Of a stretch of DNA of 64,000 nt, positions 29,458 to 38,604 are shown piece after piece. The translations under genes and the position numbers were made by a program. This stretch comes from a virus. Where the stretch lies: positions 1-64,000 of the IMG/VR virus record IMGVR_UViG_3300017788_002882; one strand, written 5' to 3'. Each line of letters starts with the position of its first letter. The first letter of the stretch is position 1. The notes beneath the pieces were generated by a model. That model saw only the letters and a program-made list of their open reading frames with translations. It ran no database searches and had not been told where the DNA came from.

Positions 29458-29646
29458 TTATTGGTTTGTTTCAGAAGTTCCGTTTTGTTGTTCTTCTTGT
29501 TTTTTCTTAAACTCTTCCATCTGAAGTTTCATAGTTTCATTGAAAAGTTTTTGAATTGCGGATTGTTGAGTCTTTATGTTTTGATTTCTATTCTCAACTC
29601 TTTTTCTGTGTGCCTTAGCTCCACCTCTTACTTTTGATTTACCCAT
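29458..29646 (-). CDS. Small basic hypothetical protein
   Basis: MGKSKVRGGAKAHRKRV start; co-oriented. Confidence 0.6.
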   Translation of the reverse strand: MGKSKVRGGAKAHRKRVENRNQNIKTQQSAIQKLFNETMKLQMEEFKKKQEEQQNGTSETNQ

Positions 29647-29650
29647 TTTA

Positions 29651-30244
29651 TTAATCGTTTAGCGTAAATAATTGAACGGTCACACCTTTTCCATTGGTCT
29701 CTTGAAAGTCATAATCAACTTCCAGTTCATTCCCTTTGAAGAAAACTTTGTCAATGAAATCATAATCCATGTAGTCAGTTCCTATTGTACCAGGGATGTA
29801 TGAAAAGTCTTTTGGAGTTGGAACTTCTTCAGATTCGAAGTTGAATCCATAAACTACTCCTTTGTTGTCTTCGATGAAAAGCAAAACATTTTCATTTTCT
29901 CCTTCAGATGGATATCCATGATAATCCATACTTTCGTAATTCTCCTCAATCTCATAATGATCGGTCATTTCATCCAATTTGAATGTTGAAATCTCTTCCC
30001 CATTTTCATCTGCAATTATGAAACTAAGCCCATCGTTGTCAAATGGTTTATTGAGAACCCACATGTTTGTGTTAAAAGGTTCATAACCTTCAACAATTGT
30101 TTCTAACTCCCAAGCCATTTCACTCAAGTCTTCATACTCATTCTCTTCTTGATATTCTTGAATATCTTGAACTTGTTGGTCGGTTAAGGATTGTGCGGAT
30201 GCATTCAATTCCCATCCATAAACTTTCAATTGATACTTTGCCAT
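29651..30244 (-). CDS. Acidic hypothetical protein
   Basis: 197-aa ORF. Confidence 0.6.
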   Translation of the reverse strand: MAKYQLKVYGWELNASAQSLTDQQVQDIQEYQEENEYEDLSEMAWELETIVEGYEPFNTNMWVLNKPFDNDGLSFIIADENGEEISTFKLDEMTDHYEIEENYESMDYHGYPSEGENENVLLFIEDNKGVVYGFNFESEEVPTPKDFSYIPGTIGTDYMDYDFIDKVFFKGNELEVDYDFQETNGKGVTVQLFTLND

Positions 30245-30276
30245 TGTTTTTTTTATTATTTGTTTGTGATTAATTT

Positions 30277-30627
30277 TTACTCTGATTTAGGTCGGTTTAC
30301 TTCGAACCATTCTATGATTGCATTTATTGCCCAAACGGCTCCTGAAGCGAGCATTCCATCAAAGAACCATGAATACCATACTGATTCTCCAAGAAATATA
30401 TTCCAAGGCGAATATACAAAAATTCCAAGAAAGAATCCAACCCATGTGGATGTACACATCATACATCTTAACATATCCGCCAAAAAAATCCAAAAATCTT
30501 GGAATATCGCATCTACATTTGATGCCCATCTGTTGATTGCATTTCTCGGTCTATTAAAAATACTTCCATAAACGAGGATGTTGCTCATACCATAAGCCAT
30601 AATCATCCAAATTAATAATTGTGTCAT
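30277..30627 (-). CDS. Membrane protein with C..C.S.W motif (DUF1360-like)
   Basis: TM segments and L.C.MCTSTWVG. Confidence 0.55.
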   Translation of the reverse strand: MTQLLIWMIMAYGMSNILVYGSIFNRPRNAINRWASNVDAIFQDFWIFLADMLRCMMCTSTWVGFFLGIFVYSPWNIFLGESVWYSWFFDGMLASGAVWAINAIIEWFEVNRPKSE

Positions 30628-30632
30628 AGTTT

Positions 30633-31532
30633 TTATTTATAAAGTGTGTCGTCCAAATTTGAACCTTTAAGGAATGCTGCTTTTCTATCTTGTTGAAACT
30701 TTTGAATTTCTTGAATAGTTTTTTCGTATTCCATTATTTGTTTATCTTTCTCAATATTGTCCTGTTTTAGTTTCTGTAGTGTAAGTTGAATTGCATCTAA
30801 CTTGGACTTTAATCCAATATCCGTACTTTCTTTCTCAATAACTACTTCCTTGATTACTTCAACAGGGACCTCTTTAATTACCTCAACTATTTTTTCAAGT
30901 GGTGGAGTTTGTCTAAAAATGTCTAAAGAATGTCTAAGTTCGTCTAATTCTTGGTCCTTTTTAGACATTTTATCTCGGAACATATTCTCTATTTCTTGAA
31001 CTTTAGTGGAAAATATTTTACGCTGTTCTTCAAATTCCTGTTCTTTTTGAAAAATTTTTGTCTTCATTTCTTCTTGGTCTGTAACATAGACAATTTTCTC
31101 CACAGGAACCTCTTGAATTATCTCTTTAACTACAACTTTTTCAACTGGTACTTCCTTGATTACTTCAACTACTTTTTCAATAACTCTTTCAACGGGAACC
31201 TCCTTGATAATCTCCATCACCTTTTCAACAGGTATTTCTTTGATGATTTCTTTGAAAACTACTTTTTCAACAGGTTTTTCCACCTCTACGTACTCGATTT
31301 TAACCACCTCTTTGATTACTTCAATTGGAACCTCCACCCGTTTTTCAACTATTACCTCTTTTTCCACCCATTTTTCACTGGTCCCACCCATATTTAACAG
31401 ACCATACCTCTCAATGTTGAATCCTTCAAGGTAAGATTTCTTGATGACTTCACTAATTCTTAAGTCATTAAGATTACAATAAGAGATGAGGTCTTTGTTC
31501 TCGGTGGAAGTGAGGTTAAGTTTATATTCCAT
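30633..31532 (-). CDS. Protein with V-E-K-(I/V)-V-E-V-I-K-E-V-P repeats and coiled coil
   Basis: Many EVPVEK(V/I)(V/I) repeats. Confidence 0.75.
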   Translation of the reverse strand: MEYKLNLTSTENKDLISYCNLNDLRISEVIKKSYLEGFNIERYGLLNMGGTSEKWVEKEVIVEKRVEVPIEVIKEVVKIEYVEVEKPVEKVVFKEIIKEIPVEKVMEIIKEVPVERVIEKVVEVIKEVPVEKVVVKEIIQEVPVEKIVYVTDQEEMKTKIFQKEQEFEEQRKIFSTKVQEIENMFRDKMSKKDQELDELRHSLDIFRQTPPLEKIVEVIKEVPVEVIKEVVIEKESTDIGLKSKLDAIQLTLQKLKQDNIEKDKQIMEYEKTIQEIQKFQQDRKAAFLKGSNLDDTLYK

Positions 31533-32312
31533 TTAGAAGTTCACTAATTTTTCATTCCCATCAACTAAGTTGTCAATAGAGTTTATGTAGAATGTTAGAA
31601 ATGGTTTCGGATTAGGTAAATCAACAAAATCATATTGGTCTTGCATTATGTCATAAACACCATATCCATGTTTTGTGACTTTTTCTCCGAAGTTTTGTTG
31701 AATTGTAGATCCGACCATGTACGCTTTTTTATCACCAGGTATATCAAACACTTGTCTCTTATGAATGTCACCACACAGAACCAAATCACATCCCTTGAAT
31801 TTACTCACGTCGAACCCATCTTCAAACTTGTAACCAATGTCGGTATATAAACCTGTAATTGGTCCATGAAACAGTCCGATATTTTTGTTTTTGGACTTTT
31901 GGATGTCTGGTTGGATGTTATGTTCCATCAATGAATAAACACACCAATTGACATTCTCATCTTCATAAACTCCACGATTCTTGTAATAAACAATATTTTC
32001 GTTTTTCAATGAATCGATGATTGGAGTGAGTGCATCCAATCGGGTATTGTTATTTTCGAGGAAGTCGTGGTTTCCAATAATTACTATCGTTTTAGCAATT
32101 TTAGCACACTCAGTCAATATCCAAGCAACAAACTCTACCAACTCAGGTGTCATCTGATTTTTGGAATGAACTAAATCACCAGTAAAAACTATCCTGTCGG
32201 GTTTAAGTGTTTCCCATTCCTTAAGCGCAATCTCAAGTATTCCACGATATAAATCATGGTCCTTGAAAAGTCTAACGTGTAAGTCAGAGAAATGTACTAA
32301 TCTATTTATCAT
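31533..32312 (-). CDS. SbcD/Mre11-like metallophosphoesterase (gp47-like)
   Basis: SDLH, FTGD, IGNHD, LFHG and GDIH motifs. Confidence 0.88.
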   Translation of the reverse strand: MINRLVHFSDLHVRLFKDHDLYRGILEIALKEWETLKPDRIVFTGDLVHSKNQMTPELVEFVAWILTECAKIAKTIVIIGNHDFLENNNTRLDALTPIIDSLKNENIVYYKNRGVYEDENVNWCVYSLMEHNIQPDIQKSKNKNIGLFHGPITGLYTDIGYKFEDGFDVSKFKGCDLVLCGDIHKRQVFDIPGDKKAYMVGSTIQQNFGEKVTKHGYGVYDIMQDQYDFVDLPNPKPFLTFYINSIDNLVDGNEKLVNF

Positions 32313-32538
32313 TCAACAATACCTTATCCTCTTCGAAGGGATTGAACCCTTTGTTTATGTGCCCGCATGAGTCGCACTTATAGATAGGAAAAGGTACGGT
32401 AGTATCTTCTGCAGATCCTGTCATCAACTTTGGTACAAGTTTAAGGTAAGTTACTTCTCTGAAGTAAACACCTCGACAATTGTCACATTTGATTGTTAGA
32501 ACATCCCTTAAATTAATTTTCGGTTTTTCTAATTGCAT
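32302..32538 (-). CDS. Zinc-ribbon protein
   Basis: CDNC and CDSCGH. Confidence 0.65.
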   Translation of the reverse strand: MQLEKPKINLRDVLTIKCDNCRGVYFREVTYLKLVPKLMTGSAEDTTVPFPIYKCDSCGHINKGFNPFEEDKVLLNDK

Positions 32539-33403
32539 ATTTTGAATTGTTGATAGATTCTATAAATGATTCCACTTTGTTTTTAGCATCCTGTATGAAA
32601 GAGGAATCATTACTTTCAGACAATTTACTCAGGTGCATATCAAACTTTGTAAAATCAAGTTTATTAAGATTGTTCACAAATGAGGTCACAAACTCTTTGT
32701 TATTTTTATTTTCTCTTACTTTAATGAAATAATACCTAAAAGTTGTGAATATCTCAAATAAATCTTCCAATGCCCATCCATCACTCAACATGTATTGCTC
32801 GGTGGTATACTTATCTTTCATGTCATAGAGTTTGATATTATCATTTAACGCTAAAACATTGAACTCATGGTAGAAACCAACCTTTTTATGTTCCCCTGAG
32901 GTACATTCAGTTTTGTCTATAAGATAAAGTAAAAGACCGTTCTTTACATAGTTCTTGAATATGGTTGAGTTATTTTTTGTAGTTGTACACCATTTAGTGT
33001 TTGCTCCATATTTTATTGACCCTTTGTGAGTCAAAGGTTGGAGTAAGATATATCTTTCATTCTCAAGAATTACATTGATGTGTTCTTCTCTATTGAAAGA
33101 TTTTTCTTCTTTGGCTTCCTCAGCCATATCTAAAACTAAAAGTAAATTTCCAAAGTTTCCATAATAATCTTTGGAATAGATGTCTTTGTTTTCGATGAAA
33201 GGTAAAAGATTATGAAACTTGTTTACAGACTCAACAATACTGCCAGTGGTCCTGTAAGGTCCATCAGTTTTCCTGTCTTCCCAAGTTTTCAACATAAAAT
33301 CCAAATATTTTTTGGTTGCAGTTGTGTCTGCTTCCACGAATTTGTTGAAGCTGGAACTGGAAACGGATGAGTATCTTTTTTTCAATTCATCTACCTTTGA
33401 CAT
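32513..33403 (-). CDS. T.WCT-motif protein, paralog of 10623..11966 (start likely 33403)
   Basis: KYGANTKWCTT...FKNY...G.L.Y; promoter lies between 33403 and the ORF-track start. Confidence 0.65.
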   Translation of the reverse strand: MSKVDELKKRYSSVSSSSFNKFVEADTTATKKYLDFMLKTWEDRKTDGPYRTTGSIVESVNKFHNLLPFIENKDIYSKDYYGNFGNLLLVLDMAEEAKEEKSFNREEHINVILENERYILLQPLTHKGSIKYGANTKWCTTTKNNSTIFKNYVKNGLLLYLIDKTECTSGEHKKVGFYHEFNVLALNDNIKLYDMKDKYTTEQYMLSDGWALEDLFEIFTTFRYYFIKVRENKNNKEFVTSFVNNLNKLDFTKFDMHLSKLSESNDSSFIQDAKNKVESFIESINNSKYAIRKTEN

Positions 33404-33427
33404 ATTAATTTGATTTTGAAGTATTAA

Positions 33428-33458
33428 CAAAGATAATAATTTTTTTCCGAAAATCAAA
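33428..33458 (-). promoter_or_regulatory. Bacteroidota-type promoter (TTTG-N19-TATCTTTG)
   Basis: Plus strand CAAAGATA at 33428-33435 and CAAA at 33455-33458. Confidence 0.7.
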
Positions 33459-33477
33459 AAAACCACCCGAAGGTGGT
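33456..33477 (-). terminator. Intrinsic terminator
   Basis: ACCACC-CGAA-GGTGGT (TTCG loop on minus strand) followed by T7. Confidence 0.7.
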
Positions 33478-33481
33478 GTCA

Positions 33482-34324
33482 TTACTTTAGATATTTTTTC
33501 ATATCCATTCCCATGATGATGTCAACAACTTCTTGAGGTACTTTGTATTCATCGAAGTTTGAATCCTCTTTGAGATGGGAAATCACACATCCATAAAGTT
33601 TAAGATTTTCATACTTTGTGCCCTCCAACATCTTCAATAATAACTTACCATAAAAAGGTAGTTGAAGATAATAGTGACCCAAGGCGGTGTCAGGAAAATT
33701 TTGAAATGGTTCGAACAATCTATTTGTGTATTTCGTAGTCAAAAAGTTTTTTGGTTTATTTGTTTTGTAATCTGTAATTACAAGTCCGAAATCACTTTTA
33801 TCACGATTCATCATTATCCATACTTTATCTGGTTGTCCAACATATCCCAAGTCAGGATCTCCAAGCACCATTTCCGTGTCCAATAGGACAGCTCCCCTTT
33901 CTTCCATCAGGTCCAAGTACTTTTTACCTGCAACAACCATATTATCCCCCTTCATTATCTGTGATAGGTCACAGCGATAGACAGGTTGTCTTAGTTCTTT
34001 ATAACTACCATTCCTCTCAATCAATTCTTTTTCGAGAAGAAAGTGTACTCTTGAACCCATGTTGGTGGAATAGTCACCAGCAGCCGCCCATGATTCTTTC
34101 AATCTTTCAGCTTCCTCGGGGTCTCCACCAGATTTCTTGAGTGCAGCTTCATCTAAAGGAAACTCTTCATAAAACTTCTTGAGGATTTTGGATACTGACG
34201 GGTAATCAGTTCTTCCTCTCATGGTGTAGATGTGATTGTCTTCTTCGAATACCAATCCCAATTGTTGTTGTCTATCAGAAATAATCTCACGAATTTCTGA
34301 TGCAATCATTTTCAAATCTGTCAT
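33482..34324 (-). CDS. PD-(D/E)XK exonuclease (Cas4/RecB-like; start likely 34324)
   Basis: H.Y...PSVS, G.RVH..LE, E......GQPD, DYKTNK and Y.LQL..Y. Confidence 0.85.
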   Translation of the reverse strand: MTDLKMIASEIREIISDRQQQLGLVFEEDNHIYTMRGRTDYPSVSKILKKFYEEFPLDEAALKKSGGDPEEAERLKESWAAAGDYSTNMGSRVHFLLEKELIERNGSYKELRQPVYRCDLSQIMKGDNMVVAGKKYLDLMEERGAVLLDTEMVLGDPDLGYVGQPDKVWIMMNRDKSDFGLVITDYKTNKPKNFLTTKYTNRLFEPFQNFPDTALGHYYLQLPFYGKLLLKMLEGTKYENLKLYGCVISHLKEDSNFDEYKVPQEVVDIIMGMDMKKYLK

Positions 34325-34325
34325 T

Positions 34326-35240
34326 CTATCTAATTTCGTAATAGTAATCGTCAATTTGACCTTTGAGGTCACAAACGTCTTTGTCGAGTGGTAATTTAAC
34401 AATTTTTATTTTATTATACAACCTTCCTCCATTCAATTCATGATATACTCGGAGTCCATCCTCGAATGCATCCCCATCACAACATATAATAATTTGGGCG
34501 TTTGCCTTGGTATATAATGTTTCGAACAATAATTTACTCATCTTCTTTCCCAACATTACAATCGAATTATCGAGAAAGAACGAATCGAAGGCTCCCTCAC
34601 ACAAATATATATCCTTGTTCCAATCAATCAAACTCTCATTGAAGATAATCTCATCTTTTGGAACTGAAGGGTTTTTGTATTTCATTTTCTTGGAAACCCA
34701 TGCTCGTGCGACAAAGTAGTTGAGAGTCCCTTCCTTATTGAAAGATGGAACAATGATTCTGTACGCGAAGTCACCGCTTACTGTATATCCAATTTTGAAT
34801 CTTTCAATCATTTCGTCGGTCATTCCTCTTGACTGAAGATATTTGTAAGCTTCAATGTGTGGAATGAATCTTGGGTTGGAATCTTTAAATGTGGTGAAAC
34901 CCTCAGGTAATCTGAGTTTGGGTCGTCTGACATCATCCTGTTTGAGTTCTTCAGGTTTAATGAGGTTGTATACCTTCTTCTGACTTTTGGTTGCGTATTG
35001 GTCGAAAAGTTTCCCGAGTGGTCCATGTGTTCCGTGCGTCTCCCCACAAGACCAACACTTATATACATGTTTACCATAATTTATTTCGAGGTTCCCTTTC
35101 CCGTCTCCACTGTCCAATCCTTTTTCTTCTGCACAGACAGGACAGTCAAATGATATTTGACCTTTTGACTCATAGTGTTGGTGTGGGTCACCAAGGAACT
35201 CAGTCAACAATTCTACCAATACATCAACCTCGTCAGACAT
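34326..35240 (-). CDS. DNA primase (zinc finger + TOPRIM)
   Basis: CPVC...CWSC zinc finger, YL..RG, RIIVP, KYKNP, CEGAFD and DGD. Confidence 0.9.
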   Translation of the reverse strand: MSDEVDVLVELLTEFLGDPHQHYESKGQISFDCPVCAEEKGLDSGDGKGNLEINYGKHVYKCWSCGETHGTHGPLGKLFDQYATKSQKKVYNLIKPEELKQDDVRRPKLRLPEGFTTFKDSNPRFIPHIEAYKYLQSRGMTDEMIERFKIGYTVSGDFAYRIIVPSFNKEGTLNYFVARAWVSKKMKYKNPSVPKDEIIFNESLIDWNKDIYLCEGAFDSFFLDNSIVMLGKKMSKLLFETLYTKANAQIIICCDGDAFEDGLRVYHELNGGRLYNKIKIVKLPLDKDVCDLKGQIDDYYYEIR

Positions 35241-35253
35241 TTATATATTATAA

Positions 35254-35406
35254 TCAATTTTCGGGGTTTAATCCAACCACGTGTTTCCTCCACCACTTCA
35301 TGATTGGATGGGACTCATCAAAATATTTTTCGATGAAGTAAAAACAAATGAGAAAACAAAACGTGATGGCAACGCTTGTCAGGTAGAGATATATTAAGTA
35401 GTCCAT
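35254..35406 (-). CDS. Small single-TM protein (50 aa)
   Basis: Manual translation MDYLIYLYLTSVAITFCFLICFYFIEKYFDESHPIMKWWRKHVVGLNPEN fills the gap. Confidence 0.55.
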   Translation of the reverse strand: MDYLIYLYLTSVAITFCFLICFYFIEKYFDESHPIMKWWRKHVVGLNPEN

Positions 35407-35759
35407 TTCACTTTAGTTAAATCTGTGATATATTTCAAATCAATTCCGAAAATGAGCACTCGATCTCTTACTCCGTCGAAACAATTTTTTTTCAAAAATC
35501 GATTGAGCTTCACTTTCGAAACTCCCTTACCGAAGGAAACAACTTCTTCGTAACCAAACCACTGTAGTTGCATTCCAATTTGTGCTAAAATTTTACCACG
35601 GAAAATCACATCGACTTCCTCACGTCCTGTATATTTACGATAGCCTGTGATTTGAATTTCCCCTTCCATGTGTTTGGTCTTGATGGGAAATTTGCCATAT
35701 TTTTTGGCAACCTTTTTCAATGTTCTGATTTCGGGAGAGTTTATTGCGTATCGAGCCAT
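35394..35759 (-). CDS. Basic hypothetical protein
   Basis: Preceded by a sigmaA-type promoter. Confidence 0.6.
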   Translation of the reverse strand: MARYAINSPEIRTLKKVAKKYGKFPIKTKHMEGEIQITGYRKYTGREEVDVIFRGKILAQIGMQLQWFGYEEVVSFGKGVSKVKLNRFLKKNCFDGVRDRVLIFGIDLKYITDLTKVKWTT

Positions 35760-35763
35760 GGGA

Positions 35764-35794
35764 CAAAGATACTAAAAAAAATCAACTTACCAAA
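35764..35794 (-). promoter_or_regulatory. Bacteroidota-type promoter (TTTG-N19-TATCTTTG)
   Basis: Plus strand CAAAGATA at 35764-35771 and CAAA at 35791-35794. Confidence 0.7.
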
Positions 35795-36389
35795 TTTCTT
35801 TCATCTTCATATAACCAAGTGCTGCACAATAAGCGTCAGTTTGGTCAAAATTTTCTTTTTTCAAAGTATTGTTCTTAGTATATTGCCATGTAATTTGTGG
35901 TTCTCGTTTTGCAACCAATTCCCAAATAACGACCTTCTTGTCAATGTCTTTTGGCATACCACCAAACAAAACATATTTGTCTTTGTCATTGGGTTGAACT
36001 AAGTGAGGAAAAGCGAATTTTCTTGAATTGTAGGTTGAAATGAATTCAGGTACAACACCCAAGACATCGTAAACCTCCTTACAAATGAGGGTATTGAATC
36101 TCATTAAAGCCCCCACGGTGTATACGTTATTAGAATTCAATAATGGTTCTTCAATTACAACATATTGAATTCCCATTCCCTTGTAAGATTCCAACTTTTC
36201 TCGAAAGATTCGACCTTTCAACAATAATTCTTCAATCTTATTTTCTACTTTTGGTTTCGGTATTGGAGAAATGTGGGTTAGTTCTAATAAATTTCCACTT
36301 TCGATGTCAAATAATGACCAACCGATAGTTTTTGTTGATACATCCAACCCAAGTACTTTGGGTGAATCCTTTTTAATTTTTCTTGACAT
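35787..36389 (-). CDS. RuvC-like Holliday junction resolvase
   Basis: VLGLDVST..IG, VVIEEP and D.TDA acidic catalytic pattern. Confidence 0.8.
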   Translation of the reverse strand: MSRKIKKDSPKVLGLDVSTKTIGWSLFDIESGNLLELTHISPIPKPKVENKIEELLLKGRIFREKLESYKGMGIQYVVIEEPLLNSNNVYTVGALMRFNTLICKEVYDVLGVVPEFISTYNSRKFAFPHLVQPNDKDKYVLFGGMPKDIDKKVVIWELVAKREPQITWQYTKNNTLKKENFDQTDAYCAALGYMKMKEIW

Positions 36390-36391
36390 AC

Positions 36392-38578
36392 TTAGAAATC
36401 TAGCTTAACCACAAACTGCTGAATCCCTTGTCTGAGTTCAGGAGATTGTAGTTTAGAAATAACAATAAGATCTTTATTCTGATCGTAAAGCCCAATTTCT
36501 GTTATATATGATTTTGTTCCTCGGGTCCATGTTGGATTCGAGGTATTTGTGAATTGATTGTTATTCAAATTTATCAAATACTTCATTTCATAAATGGTTG
36601 CAGAAATGTCTGTCTCGAAGTTTCCATAAAAATAGTACTCATCACCAAAGTTCAATTCTCCTGTTTCTCCGTTCAACGGAATATCCAAATAGTTTTGTAG
36701 TTGATAAGCTGATGCATTGTTGTAATCATCTAAGTCAATTTGGAAAGTTGTACCAGTCAAAGATGATTGGGTGATGTATCCATTCGAAAGTGTCATTGCC
36801 GATGTCACATCTATTTGTCTCCAAAGAGTTGGTGACGGTCTTGTATCACCAGTAACCATTTGGCAAATGATTTTCATTGAGGTTGCTGTATATCCTGTGA
36901 ATTGATTGGTTCCCAAGAATCCGAATTCTCCTCCAAACCTCACAGCGACATTTTGAGTGTTTGCCGTAACTGTGTTGTTTGCCGCAACCACTGAATAGTA
37001 ATTACAATGTAATGAACTTGTTACACCCGTTTCTGATTCAAATAAATAACTTACCCAAAGTCTTTCCAATGGGTTCGACATCAAACCAGTATTGTTATTC
37101 CCCGTAGCACAAATGTTTGGAGTAATTAAACTCAACTTAGGTGCTGGTAAAGTGAAATTTCTATTTGACTTATAAGATAATGCTGCAACCACTTCCTCAT
37201 CATCGATTACAATAATTTCTTGGTCAGGAAAAACTTTACCAATTCTATTCAGATTATTGTTACTATCAGCATTAGTATCCCACAAATGGAAATATCTTAT
37301 ACCTGGGTCATTCATATCTAAATTTTTTGTAGATTTGATGTAGAATGGTTTACACAAATCGTAGTTTGGTGGGTCGATGTAAAATGTTTGACCGATGGTT
37401 GTTCCTGTCGATTTGTGCCACATCAAAGTTGGGATGTTCAATTTGAAGTGTCTTGCTAATCCAATATCATCCGTAGGATTTTGTGGGTCAAATGGTTGAG
37501 TTGAAAACTTTTCTCCGTATATGTGGTCAATATCCTGATTGGTGTAGTGAATAATAGCAATGGCTTTTTGGTCTTGAGGTCTAACTACAATTTTTTCATC
37601 GAATGAATTGTAATAAAAAACTTGACTCGTATCAGTCTGACCTGATGGTTCGTTGTATCCCAAATATTCTTTAGTACCTATATAAGACACCGAACCGAAC
37701 TTTGTATAATCTTCATAGGTACTACTGAATAGACCTGCTGGACTTTCTGTCCACGGAATGTTCATATTCCAAATGGGAGTATTTTCTCTATTAGATACAT
37801 CACAAGGGGATTCAAAATTCAATGTATCTGTTTGCCAATATGGTGCTGGTGTAACAAAGTCATAGAGTTCTGTCATCCCCGAAGGATAAACATACATTCT
37901 TGCAAAGTTAGTTTGAATCGGTAAGAAATCGTAGGTAGGTAAAGCTCTATCTAACGTCAAAGTGAAAGTACTTCCTGTAGTCCCCGTAACAGGACTCATG
38001 TTTTGGATTCTATACGTTAGGATTTGATTCGTTCCAAAAGTTCCACACCCACCATTACCATCATATACAATAGTCACAAAGTCATTAATGGATGGTGTCC
38101 CTGAGAATAAACAGCTTGTTGGTGAATTGTCAAATTCAATTTGCATTGAGGTTTGGCCTGAAAGGGTTGACATATCAACCCAATAACTTGAGGTCAATGT
38201 GTAAGCCGTTGTTGTCTGAATTTGAGTTGTACCCGTAGTGAAAAATCCCTTCACTCCCGCTGAGTTATAAACCTGTTGGAAGTTACTATCCATGAACGGA
38301 ATACCATAAGTATTACCAGTTGTACCTTGAACGTAGTATGGATACTTAATGTTCTGTTTGTTTGACTGCGGAGAACCTGTGTCGTTTTGTGCGTTGAACG
38401 CTGGCATCAATATATTATTATTGGTTTGGTTGTAATTCGGAACTGCAGTATAACTTACCTCACTATCACCAATTTGAAAATAAGATATGTTGAAATTTCC
38501 CTGAGACAAATTTCTCCTTCCTACATCAGTTAGACGAGTGTTAATCAATCCTGCAGTATTTTTAATAATATATGCCAT
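36392..38578 (-). CDS. Probable virion structural protein (tail/baseplate-associated)
   Basis: N-terminal LTD.GR......F.IGDSE and C-terminal YITEIGLYD....LI.ISKL..P resemble tail-collar/baseplate-type motifs; TATTTAT upstream. Confidence 0.6.
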   Translation of the reverse strand: MAYIIKNTAGLINTRLTDVGRRNLSQGNFNISYFQIGDSEVSYTAVPNYNQTNNNILMPAFNAQNDTGSPQSNKQNIKYPYYVQGTTGNTYGIPFMDSNFQQVYNSAGVKGFFTTGTTQIQTTTAYTLTSSYWVDMSTLSGQTSMQIEFDNSPTSCLFSGTPSINDFVTIVYDGNGGCGTFGTNQILTYRIQNMSPVTGTTGSTFTLTLDRALPTYDFLPIQTNFARMYVYPSGMTELYDFVTPAPYWQTDTLNFESPCDVSNRENTPIWNMNIPWTESPAGLFSSTYEDYTKFGSVSYIGTKEYLGYNEPSGQTDTSQVFYYNSFDEKIVVRPQDQKAIAIIHYTNQDIDHIYGEKFSTQPFDPQNPTDDIGLARHFKLNIPTLMWHKSTGTTIGQTFYIDPPNYDLCKPFYIKSTKNLDMNDPGIRYFHLWDTNADSNNNLNRIGKVFPDQEIIVIDDEEVVAALSYKSNRNFTLPAPKLSLITPNICATGNNNTGLMSNPLERLWVSYLFESETGVTSSLHCNYYSVVAANNTVTANTQNVAVRFGGEFGFLGTNQFTGYTATSMKIICQMVTGDTRPSPTLWRQIDVTSAMTLSNGYITQSSLTGTTFQIDLDDYNNASAYQLQNYLDIPLNGETGELNFGDEYYFYGNFETDISATIYEMKYLINLNNNQFTNTSNPTWTRGTKSYITEIGLYDQNKDLIVISKLQSPELRQGIQQFVVKLDF

Positions 38579-38604
38579 TTTCTATAAATAGTTGTTCTGT
38601 TTTT

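Noticed and set aside
33482-34324. Cas4-like nuclease as part of a CRISPR-Cas locus
   Set aside because: No cas1/cas2 or array in the window; it sits next to primase and resolvase, as is typical for phage exonucleases.
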